Below are positions 51,920 through 60,574 of a stretch of 60,574 bases of DNA, piece after piece. The DNA is from an uncultured delta proteobacterium (GTDB lineage: Bacteria > Desulfobacterota > RBG-13-43-22): positions 1 through 60,574 of the forward strand of contig CAWJJC010000014.1 in NCBI GenBank assembly GCA_963843145.1, written 5' to 3'. Within the stretch, counting starts at the first letter, position 1. The number at the start of each line of letters is the position of its first letter. The notes beneath the pieces were generated by a model, which searched no databases, was not told where the DNA came from, and worked only from the letters and a program-made list of their open reading frames with translations. Made by a program: the position numbers and the translations under genes.

Positions 51920-53173
51920 CTACCTCCTTACCGATTGAATAGCCCGGAGCGCCGCCCCGGCAGCATCCTGAACAACACCCGCCACGTCCGAAGGCCGCTT
52001 GATACATCCGGCGCCGTAAATGCCCTTTTGCTCCTGGTCGGAGACGATAAACCCGTAGTCGTCATAGGTGACTTCCGCGGGCACCTTCACCGAGGCCGTG
52101 GCCGGTTCCATGCCGGTGGCCAGGACCACCAGATCCACCGTCTCGCGGATCCGCTCCCCCGACATGGTGTCTTCCCCTTCCAGGATCAGGTTATTGGTGG
52201 CCGGATCCTCGGTGATCAGGGCGATCTTGGACTTCACCAGGGACAGCTTCTCGTCCTGTTTGACTTTGACGTAGAAATCTTCCAGTTTACCCTGGGCCCG
52301 AATATCGATAAAGTAGATGAACGCCTGGGCGTTGGGGTTTTTCTCCCGCACATAGGTGGCCTGCTTCAAAGAGGCCAGGCAACAAATCCCCGAGCAATAG
52401 GCCAGATGGTTTTCATCCCGGGATCCGGCGCACTGGATAAAGGCGATCTTCTCGGCCTCTTTCTGGTCCGAAGGGCGAAGGATCTTGCCCTGGGTCGGTC
52501 CCCGTTCGGCGCAGAGTCTTTCCATCATCACGTTGCTGATCACGTTGGGATAGAGACCAAAGCCGTAATTTTCCAACTTGGCGGCATCGTAAGGGTTCCA
52601 GCCCGCAGCCCAGATGATCGCCCCGATCTCCAGGGTCTTTTTCTCCGGGGGCATATCGAGATCGATGGCCTGATAGGCGCAGGCCTCCACGCACTTGGCG
52701 CACCTGCTTCCCAGACAGACCGATCCGTCAATCACATATTTCATCGGGAAGGCCATGTCATGAGGCAAATAGGCGGCCTTGTTTTTGTCCAATCCGTAAT
52801 TGAAGTCGTTGGGCCGTTCCACCGGACAGACCTCGGCGCATTTGTTGCAGCCGGTGCAGTTATCATTGACAAAGCGCGGTTTGATCTTGATGGTAACCTG
52901 GTAATTCCCCTCCTGACCGGCAATCTTTTCCACTTCGGCCAGGGTATAGATCGTCACCCGGGGGTTGTTCTTGGTTCGTTTGAAGTTGATTTCCAGTCCG
53001 CAACTGGGAGGACAAAGCTTGGGGAAATACTGATACAACTGGGCTACCCGCCCACCCAAATACGCGTTTTTCTCAACGATGACGACCTCATAGCCGACTT
53101 CCGCGGCTTCGATCGCCGCGGTCAGTCCGCTCATGCCGCCGCCGACCACTAAAATACTCTTTTTGTCGCCCAT
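51920..53173 (-). CDS. qmoA: QmoA (HdrA-like flavoprotein)
   Basis: GGGMSGLTAA, YFPKLCPPSCGLEIN, QCAGSRDENHL; directly downstream of aprA. Confidence 0.93.
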   Translation of the reverse strand: MGDKKSILVVGGGMSGLTAAIEAAEVGYEVVIVEKNAYLGGRVAQLYQYFPKLCPPSCGLEINFKRTKNNPRVTIYTLAEVEKIAGQEGNYQVTIKIKPRFVNDNCTGCNKCAEVCPVERPNDFNYGLDKNKAAYLPHDMAFPMKYVIDGSVCLGSRCAKCVEACAYQAIDLDMPPEKKTLEIGAIIWAAGWNPYDAAKLENYGFGLYPNVISNVMMERLCAERGPTQGKILRPSDQKEAEKIAFIQCAGSRDENHLAYCSGICCLASLKQATYVREKNPNAQAFIYFIDIRAQGKLEDFYVKVKQDEKLSLVKSKIALITEDPATNNLILEGEDTMSGERIRETVDLVVLATGMEPATASVKVPAEVTYDDYGFIVSDQEQKGIYGAGCIKRPSDVAGVVQDAAGAALRAIQSVRR

Positions 53174-53492
53174 TATTCTCCTCCAGAAATATTTTTTCTG
53201 ATTTATTCTCCTTGGAACGTTTTCCTTCTATACAAAAAAAACCGTTTAGACAACAAAAAAATGGTTAAAATCGCCTTTAACGGTATTGTTTTCGGTTTTT
53301 GCCCGGCTATCAAAGCCTCCAGGTTGGTTGATAGGGTTTTTCAGGATGTTTCCGCAGACAGTGGGAGAGAAGCAAAAGTTGCTCATCAAAAGGCAGCCAA
53401 AAGGAGCGTCCTCCTGCCTTTTGATCAACACCGTTTGAGCTTAAAAAACTCCAGGCGCCCGGAGGCGCCTGGAGGAAAAGATTACTTTGAAA

Positions 53493-55371
53493 TTAGGGGA
53501 TCAAAGGAACCACGTCTCTTTTGATCATGGTCCACTCACCGGACTTGGGATCCCACTTGCAGTTGGCGAAGACGTGCCAGTTGTTCTCGTCCATCTTCGG
53601 CTTGTCGGCCCGGAAGTAGTATCCCGGCCAGCGGGTCTCTTCCCGGAAGAGGATGGTCCGCATATGGGCCTCGGCCTGCCACATCCGTTGGATGTTCTCC
53701 CAGCAGCGCTCCAGGTCATAGACGTTCTTGGCGCCCAATTTGTCGGCGTCTTCCTTCAGCAAGACCATGAGCTCCAGACCTCTTTCGATCAGCGATTGCT
53801 GGTTTTGAACCCGCACCCCAGCCGCCGGCATATTCATCCATGATCTTCTGCAGACGATGCATGAAGGGCATGGGCTTGATGTAGTTGGGGTTGATCTCAG
53901 GGGCCGTGGTCATCTTGCAGTTCTCAGCGTAGAGGTCCAGCGGCATCAGGATTTCTTTCTTCAGAGCCTCGATCGGCCGCGGCGTCCACATTCGGCATTG
54001 CCGGATTCTCCACGCTGTAGCGGACGGCTTCCTTGGCGGTGAAACGACCTTCGGCATGGGAACCGGAGGAGAACTTGTGGCTGGAGGCGCCGGAGGCGTC
54101 GCCGGCGGCAAACAAGCCCTTCACGGTGGTCATGTTGCCGTAGCCCCATTTGTAAGGGGTGTCCAGGTCTTCGGGACCGCTGACCCAGGCCCCGGAAGCG
54201 CCGGAGTGGGAGCCGATGAAGTAGGGCTCGCAGGCGGCGATCTCGGAATGTTCTTCTCGGGCATGATGTTCTGGGCCGCCCAGAGGATGGCTTGGGAAAT
54301 GGTCATATCCAGGAAGTCTTCCCACGCCTCGGATTCCAGTTCCTTCATCTTCTTCTTGAAGGCCTTCTGGTCGTCCTGGTACTGGCGTTGGCCAAATTCT
54401 CGATGGCCTCGGCGGTTTCCATGTAGAGCGGCCCTAAGCCGGCTTCCACATCCAGCATGCCCAGGTAGTTCCTCAGGTTGGCCGGGATCGGCTTGGCCAG
54501 GCCATAGGGGGCCCAGTTGTTCAGTTCTTCCTTGCGGACGACCATGTACTCGCCGCCGCTGGCGCTGATGGCCCGGGATTTGAAGAGCAGGAACCACGCG
54601 CCGACCGGTCCGTAAGCATCCTTAAACCGGACGGGGATGAAGCGGACTTCCTGGCAGGTCATTTCCGCACCGGCTTTAATGGTGAAGTAGGCGCTGGATC
54701 CGGTGTTGAACGGCGGATACCAGGAACGGCCAAGACCTTCACCCGTGGACCGCGGACGGAACACGTGCACGGCGCCGCCCATGGTACAGATGACGGCCTT
54801 GGCCTTGAACACGTAGAACTTCTCTTCGCGGGTGCTGAAACCGACGGCGCCGGCAATCCGGTTGCCGTCCAGAATGGGCTCCACGATGAAGACGCGTTCG
54901 TAGATCTCAAACCGCCGGCGTCCATGGCGTTCTTGGCGGCCTCGGCCACGATGACCTTGTAGGATTCGCCGTTGATCATAAGCTGCCACCGGCCTTCGTG
55001 GACATACTTGCCGTTTTCATCCATCCAAATGGGGAGACCCCATTTTTCGAACAGATGAACCGAGGAGTCCACGTGACGGGCGATATTGTAAACCAGGTCT
55101 TCCCGGGAGATGCCCATCAGGTCCTGGCGAACGTAGTGGACGTAATCTTCACAGGTGTTCTCGCCGTCACTAACGCCGATATACTGGTTGATGGCCGAAA
55201 GGCCCATGGCCACGGCGCCGGAACGGGCAAAGGCGGCCTTGTCCACCAAGGTGACTTTCAGCCATTTTTCTTGGCCCAATAGGCGGCTTCCACGCCGCGC
55301 CGCGTGGAGGCCATCCCACCACCAAGAATCAGAAGATCGGTGGTTACTTCTACGGTCGGATAATCTGCCAT
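53493..55371 (-). CDS. aprA: Adenylylsulfate reductase alpha subunit; many frameshifts in this sequence
   Basis: MADYPTVEVTTDLLILGGG, RSGAVAMGLSAINQY, WQLMINGESYK, RFKDAYGPVGAWFL, WEDFLDMT, HKFSSGSHAEGR, FREETRWPGYY. Confidence 0.92.
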
Positions 55372-55389
55372 AATCGTTTCCCTCCTTCG

Positions 55390-55850
55390 TTACTTTTTGG
55401 GTGTAGGTAAAGTGGCCATTTTCAAGGAAGCAGGCTCGGTGAACAGGTAGGGACTCTTCAGATCGCCGGTACCTTCATCAAACCCGCCAATGGGCACCGC
55501 GGTGCCTTCAGCCGTGGTCCGGATGGGGAACTTGAACCGCTTGAGCGTGCCATTCCGGAACTTTACGGTCCACATAATGTCTTCGGAACCGCGGAGAGGG
55601 ACAACACTGGCGCCCATGGGAATGAAGTCGGCATAACCGCGGACGTCAATGGCCTGCTGGGGGCAAATCTTTACGCAGTTATAGCATTCCCAGCAAAGGG
55701 AAGGATCCCGGTTGAAACCCTTCATCTCGCCGTATCCCAGGGAGCGTCCTTATCCAGGAACATCAGGTCAACGGGGCAGATGTACATGCAGGCGGTCTTA
55801 TCCTGCCCTTTGCAGCCGTCACATTTTTCGGTAATTACAAAACTTGGCAT
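55390..55850 (-). CDS. aprB: Adenylylsulfate reductase beta subunit; one frameshift near 55730
   Basis: MPSFVITEKCDGCKGQDKTACMYICP, then CWECYNCVKICP, IMWTVKFRNG...RFKFPIRTT. Confidence 0.93.
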
Positions 55851-56242
55851 AGTTTTCTCCTCATAATCTGTTGATTTATGTTCCAAAAAGCGATTTGGAT
55901 CTTTCGTGTTTTTTGTAATAAATCGCCCCGTCGGTCAGACCGACCATCTCACCCCCCTTCTATGTCGGTGTATCTCTTTTCCAGATGTATTCCCTATCTG
56001 GGACGGTCGAAAATCCTTGAAATTAGGCCCCATGTTCCTTCAAAAAAGCCCTCCCAAAATATCGATTTGTACAGGGATAGAACCATATCAAAGATTTCAT
56101 TCTTTCCATAACAAAATCTGTCTGATAATTTGACTCAAAACCGTTACCAACTCTCCTGATTTAAAGAGACCTTTCCAGGAGATTCCCCATAGTTGGCCGA
56201 TTTACCCAATTTACTTAACTATCTAAATAAATTATACTTTTA

Positions 56243-56260
56243 TTGTGAATATTGGAACAA
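56243..56260. promoter_or_regulatory. Putative Rex operator on the aprB side
   Basis: TTGTGAATATTGGAACAA vs consensus TTGTGAA-N4-TTCACAA. Confidence 0.45.
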
Positions 56261-56857
56261 GAAATCCTTAACGTATACCAGATTCAATTTTTTTGTCAAG
56301 GGAAAAAATGCTCGGTTAATAAAATAGCTTACGAGCTCAAGGGAAACCGCAAATGGCTGATGGCCTTCGCCCTTGAACTCTGTCCACGGTCCGGAAAGCC
56401 TCAACAAATGAATAATGATACAAGGTACCCAAGACCTTGTGGACCGTCTTCCGATACCCACAACATCTTAATTAATTGGCGATCCTCCGTTGAGGGGATC
56501 TAAAGACTTTTTCCCTTCTAAGGCTAACTCAATCAGCCGATCTAACAAGACACTGAAAGGTATGCCTGCGGCCTGGGTAGCCTGGGGAAGAAGGCTGGTC
56601 CCAGTCATGCCGTGTATTGTATAGTGTTGGCCTCCAAGACGATAATTTCATCCCCTCTTGAAGAAGGCATCGCCCGGCTGAGGGCAAGAGGTATTAACAA
56701 CAGGAATTATTCATCACTGGGAGTTCACTCACCGGCTAACTCCCTCATTCTATTGAAAGGTTTGCTCGATATATTCCTGTCAAATTAGAAGGATTTTCCC
56801 CTCCTTTTCCCTCTTTCACCCCCCTTTATAGTTCATCTTCTCTTCAGTATCTCCTTT

Positions 56858-56901
56858 TTGTATATTTTTTCACTTGACTTAGTTCATGGTTTTGATTAAA
56901 T
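56858..56901 (+). promoter_or_regulatory. Putative Rex operator overlapping the sat -35 box
   Basis: TTGTATATTTTTTCACTT (56858-56875) overlaps TTGACT (56874-79); TTAAAT -10-like element downstream. Confidence 0.5.
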
Positions 56902-56986
56902 GCGTAACATCGCATGGAAAGTGGTCATGGAAGGTTCCATGTAATTACCTGTAAACCCAATAAGCATTGAAAGGAGAAAAGAACAG

Positions 56987-58258
56987 ATGTCAGGATTACT
57001 CCCACCTCATGGCGGAAAAGGTTTGACCTGCTGCTTGCTTGAAGGCGCAGAGTTGGCGGCGGAATTGAAAAAAGCTCAAGGATTGAAAAAAATCGATGTC
57101 AGCCCCCGTGAAAAAGGCGATTTGATCATGATGGGTATTGGGGGGTTCAGCCCCCTGACCGGTTTTATGACCAAGGCAGACTGGAAAGGCGTTTTGGATA
57201 ATTATCTTCTGGCTGACGGAACGTTTTGGCCCATCCCGGTTACGCTTTCCGCTTCCAAGGAAGAAGCCGCAGCGATAGCGATCGGTGAAGAGATCGCCCT
57301 GTTCGACCCGGAACGTAAAGAATTCATGGCTACCATGAAGGTTACCGAAAAATACGAAATGACCGCGGCCGACAAAAAGTTCGAATGCGAAAAATCTTTT
57401 ATGGGCGAAGGGACCAAGACCGTAGAAGACTTCTGGAAAATTGCCAAAGATGATCATCCCGGCGTTCAGATGGTCATGAGCCAAAAAGATGTCAATCTGG
57501 CCGGCCCGGTAAAAGTACTCAGTGAAGCCGAATATCCTACCAAATATGCCGGCGTTTATATGAGACCGGCTGAATCCAGAAAGATTTTTGAAGAAAGAGG
57601 CTGGAGTGAAGTGGCCGCCCTGCAGCTGCGTAACCCCATGCATCGTTCTCACGAATATCTTTGCAAAATCGCTGTTGAAGTATGTGACGGCGTTTTTATT
57701 CACTCTCTGGTAGGCAACTTGAAACCGGGGGACATTCCTGCCGAAGTTCGCGTGAGATGTATCGACGCGCTGGTAAAGAATTATTTCGTAGAAGACAAAG
57801 TCCTTCAGGGCGGTTATCCGCTGGATATGCGTTATGCCGGCCCCCGTGAAGCCCTGCTTCATGCCACCTTCCGTCAAAATTACGGGTGCTCCAGGATGAT
57901 TATCGGCCGTGACCATGCCGGTGTTGGTGATTTCTACGGCATGTTTGAAGCCCAGACCATTTTTGACAAGATTCCCAAGCCGGCTGGCGGAAAAGCCTTG
58001 CTTTGCACCCCGCTAAAGATCGACTGGACATTCTACTGCTACAAATGCGACGGTATGGCTTCCTTGAGAACCTGCCCCCACGACAAGAAAGATCGGGTCC
58101 TTCTGAGCGGCACGGCACTGCGTAAGGGCCTGTCCGAAGGCACGCCGATTGCCGATCATTTCGGTCGCGAGGAGGTTCTGGTTATTCTCCGTGAATACTA
58201 TGCCGGTCTGGATGAAAAAGTTGAAGTCAAACTGCATGGGGCTGCAACCGGAAAATAA
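56987..58258 (+). CDS. sat: Sulfate adenylyltransferase
   Basis: [51 protein letters not shown]. Confidence 0.97.
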   Translation: MSGLLPPHGGKGLTCCLLEGAELAAELKKAQGLKKIDVSPREKGDLIMMGIGGFSPLTGFMTKADWKGVLDNYLLADGTFWPIPVTLSASKEEAAAIAIGEEIALFDPERKEFMATMKVTEKYEMTAADKKFECEKSFMGEGTKTVEDFWKIAKDDHPGVQMVMSQKDVNLAGPVKVLSEAEYPTKYAGVYMRPAESRKIFEERGWSEVAALQLRNPMHRSHEYLCKIAVEVCDGVFIHSLVGNLKPGDIPAEVRVRCIDALVKNYFVEDKVLQGGYPLDMRYAGPREALLHATFRQNYGCSRMIIGRDHAGVGDFYGMFEAQTIFDKIPKPAGGKALLCTPLKIDWTFYCYKCDGMASLRTCPHDKKDRVLLSGTALRKGLSEGTPIADHFGREEVLVILREYYAGLDEKVEVKLHGAATGK

Positions 58259-58283
58259 TCCCTTCGGTTTGTTTTGAAAAACT

Positions 58284-58320
58284 AAAGAGGAGATACTGTA
58301 AAAAGTATCTCCTCTTTTTG
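58284..58320. terminator. Bidirectional terminator between sat and ddl
   Basis: aaagaggagatact-gtaaaa-agtatctcctcttt plus U tract. Confidence 0.8.
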
Positions 58321-58345
58321 TTTTGTAATCTTTAAATGACGAATT

Positions 58346-59284
58346 TTATTTCTCTAAGGCCAATTCAATCAACCGATCCAGTAAGGCACCGAAGGTCAAT
58401 CCGGCCGCCCAGGCGGCCTGGGGTAACAGGCTGGTGGGGGTCATCCCGGGAATGGTATTGGTCTCCAAGAGGACAATTTCCCCCCCGCGAACGATCATAT
58501 CGGTCCGACTGCAGCCCCGCAGGCCCAGGGCCTGATGGGCCCGAAGGCCATACTCCTGGGCTTGCCGGGTCAATTCCGGGCTTAAGCGGGCCGGACAGAT
58601 CTCTTCGGAGGCTTTTTCCTTGTACTTGGCCTCGAAATCAAAAAAGGTATATTCCGAGGAGGGGATAATCTCCACCAGGGGTAAGGCCTGCAATTCCTGA
58701 TTGCCCAAAACCCCGCAGGTGATTTCCGTGCCCTGGATATACTCCTCCAGCAGGACCTCCCGATCCAACCCCAGGGCCTTTTCCAGTCCCTTTTCCAACT
58801 GTTCCCGATTCTCGGCAATCGATATGCCGATACTGGATCCCTCCTGGTTCGGTTTAATCACCAGGGGCCAGCCCAGTTCCGGGGCCAGGGCCTCCAGATC
58901 GCAGGCCTCTCCCCGAACCACCATCCGATCCCGGGCCACCGGCAGTCCGGCCTGGCGATAGAGGCCTTTACTGAGCCGCTTGTTCATGGCCAGGGCGCTG
59001 CCCAGCACCCCGGAGCCCTGGTAGGGGATGCCCAGCAGTTCCAGCAGTCCCTGGATCGTCCCATCTTCCCCGAACCGCCCGTGGAGGATAATCAGGGCCA
59101 CGTCGATGCCGGAGGCCTCGGCCACCAGCCGGGAAAGCCCTTCCCCCAGGTCATAGCCGGTCACCCGATAGCGACCGGGATCCAAGGCTTGAATAACCTG
59201 GGTCCCGCCGGTGAGGGAAACGGTCCGTTCAGAAGAGGTCCCGCCGTAGAGTACGGCCACTCGCAGCGGCTGGGAATCCGTCAT
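58346..59284 (-). CDS. ddl: D-alanine-D-alanine ligase
   Basis: GGTSSERTVSL, LHGRFGEDG, EGSSIG, FEAKY, ETNTIPGMT. Confidence 0.95.
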   Translation of the reverse strand: MTDSQPLRVAVLYGGTSSERTVSLTGGTQVIQALDPGRYRVTGYDLGEGLSRLVAEASGIDVALIILHGRFGEDGTIQGLLELLGIPYQGSGVLGSALAMNKRLSKGLYRQAGLPVARDRMVVRGEACDLEALAPELGWPLVIKPNQEGSSIGISIAENREQLEKGLEKALGLDREVLLEEYIQGTEITCGVLGNQELQALPLVEIIPSSEYTFFDFEAKYKEKASEEICPARLSPELTRQAQEYGLRAHQALGLRGCSRTDMIVRGGEIVLLETNTIPGMTPTSLLPQAAWAAGLTFGALLDRLIELALEK

Positions 59285-59967
59285 TTTTTCTTGGCCTTCC
59301 CTTCGGCGGAGGTCTCCTGAGGAGTCAGGGTGATGTCCACCCGTCCGGCCGGGACGAACCCTCTCAAGGTCCCCAGCATGCCCATAATCCCCTGGATGAT
59401 GATATCCTGGACGAAGTCCTTCATCGGTATTCGCTTACCGTCCAACCAAACCCGAATCCGAGGTTCATGACGCTCCTTCAAAAATCGCTTCTCCAGCAGG
59501 TCCACGATCCCTTCGGCCTCCTCCGGTTGAAAATGGGGCAGATTTTCCCGAAAAGGCTTAGGGCCCACGGTAGCCAGGACGATCCCCTGAACCTCGGCCA
59601 ACAGTTTTTCCTCCTGACCCTCAGAGAGCAGGGCAATTTTGGGATAGGATTGTTTTTTAAACCCCTCAGTCAGCACCAGGTCCGCTTCGGGAAAAAAGAA
59701 GGCCGCCAGCCGGTCCAGCGGCAGGGCCGGTTGCCCCCCCGCTTGGAACAGGGAAAAATGGTCGTCCCCGCAGAAGCCCACGGTTTCGGCCCCGGCCGTC
59801 CGGAACTTGGCGGTGTCTTTCCCTTCCGTTTCTTCCGGCTGCCCCTCCCCGGTATGTTTCAAAACCCCGAGTTTGTAACCCTTTGATTTTAATATGGGGA
59901 TCAACTGCTCGACCAAGGTCGTCTTGCCGCTCTTCTTATAGCCGACGACGGAAACAATGAATGGCAT
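59281..59967 (-). CDS. mobB: Molybdopterin-guanine dinucleotide biosynthesis protein B with C-terminal extension
   Basis: GYKKSGKTT, KH, EGKDT, VLTEGFK. Confidence 0.88.
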   Translation of the reverse strand: MPFIVSVVGYKKSGKTTLVEQLIPILKSKGYKLGVLKHTGEGQPEETEGKDTAKFRTAGAETVGFCGDDHFSLFQAGGQPALPLDRLAAFFFPEADLVLTEGFKKQSYPKIALLSEGQEEKLLAEVQGIVLATVGPKPFRENLPHFQPEEAEGIVDLLEKRFLKERHEPRIRVWLDGKRIPMKDFVQDIIIQGIMGMLGTLRGFVPAGRVDITLTPQETSAEGKAKKK

Positions 59968-60157
59968 GGCCCCTCCCGGAAAATAGAAAATTCGAAGCGC
60001 TTTGGTTTTTAGATTTTGGTCGTTTGAATTTGTTTCGTGCTTCGAATTTCGGATTTCGAATTTCCAGCCAAAAATTCAACTATTTTTGGCCAGCGTTATG
60101 GATACCATGGGGAAGGATTGTTTTGCAACCATGTTTCTTGCACGGAGCATCCTTCCC

Positions 60158-60253
60158 TTCAATGATTCCAGGCGCGCTCGAAGTTCCGGAAGGATCGTTT
60201 CCGGGAGCGGCATCATCCGCTCCTTTTCCCTTGCCGACGACCAATAATCGGTC
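60158..60253 (-). pseudogene. Tyrosine recombinase (integron-integrase-like) fragment
   Basis: LLVVGKG, then after a frameshift KERMMPLPETILPELRARLESLK (GKGxKxR motif). Confidence 0.45.
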
Positions 60254-60327
60254 AAGAGATCTATTGACATTTAGAATGATTTAAGTAGGATTTGGCAAAT
60301 TGGGGAACCCGGACCGGCACTATAAAA

Positions 60328-60567
60328 TATTAACAGTCTCATAATTAATTGTATTTACACGAGGTGTTCTTTTTATCTCTCACCCGCTTCGCTCGAGTTC
60401 GCAGGGAGCGCAGAGAAAGACGAAGTTATTTTTTGAAAAATCGCTGAGATGCCGATTTTTCAAAACAACTCACGCCTCCGGCGGGGCCTTTTTCGCGGAG
60501 CGGGAGATTTTTTTTGATTGCCGGCCTCTTAAAGGAATCCAGTCAATATTATTTTGAGACCGTAATA
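60328..60567. mobile_element. MITE-like element with the same terminal IRs as 16504-16673
   Basis: tattaacagtctcataat ... attttgagaccgtaata, with internal hairpins. Confidence 0.6.
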
Positions 60568-60574
60568 TCTCATG

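Noticed and set aside
53493-55850. Selenocysteine or recoding explanation for the apr breaks
   Set aside because: The breaks change frame rather than being in-frame UGAs.
1-60574. CRISPR array, tRNA or rRNA
   Set aside because: No regularly spaced repeat-spacer units, cloverleafs or rRNA-like sequence were seen by eye.

Overview
A 60.6-kb chromosomal window from an anaerobic Desulfobacterota-like bacterium. It carries sulfate activation/reduction genes (sat; aprBA-qmoAB-hdrCB, with no qmoC), a beta-oxidation block (2 thiolases, crotonase, 2 acyl-CoA dehydrogenases) and a stand-alone CO dehydrogenase (cooS). It also holds a corrinoid methyl-transfer block (cobO, MtrH/MtgA-like methyltransferase, RACo activator), an archaeal/eukaryote-type CDC48 AAA ATPase, a GET3/ArsA ATPase, several regulators, a MacB-type ABC exporter, a decayed defence-island remnant and many REP/MITE-like repeats. 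The main hidden feature is at 22314-23456 (minus strand). Three ORFs in the track form one reading frame interrupted only by in-frame TGA codons, each followed by a bacterial SECIS-like hairpin. Two of the TGAs fall at conserved-Cys positions. This predicts a three-selenocysteine ArsM-like methyltransferase-AhpD/CMD fusion, embedded with thioredoxin-like and Cys-rich genes between the corrinoid block and cooS. Many single-base frameshifts (aprA, aprB, qmoB, a kinase, an MFP, DUF2284) probably reflect long-read consensus errors, but real decay cannot be excluded. All family calls come from motif recognition; no database searches were run.
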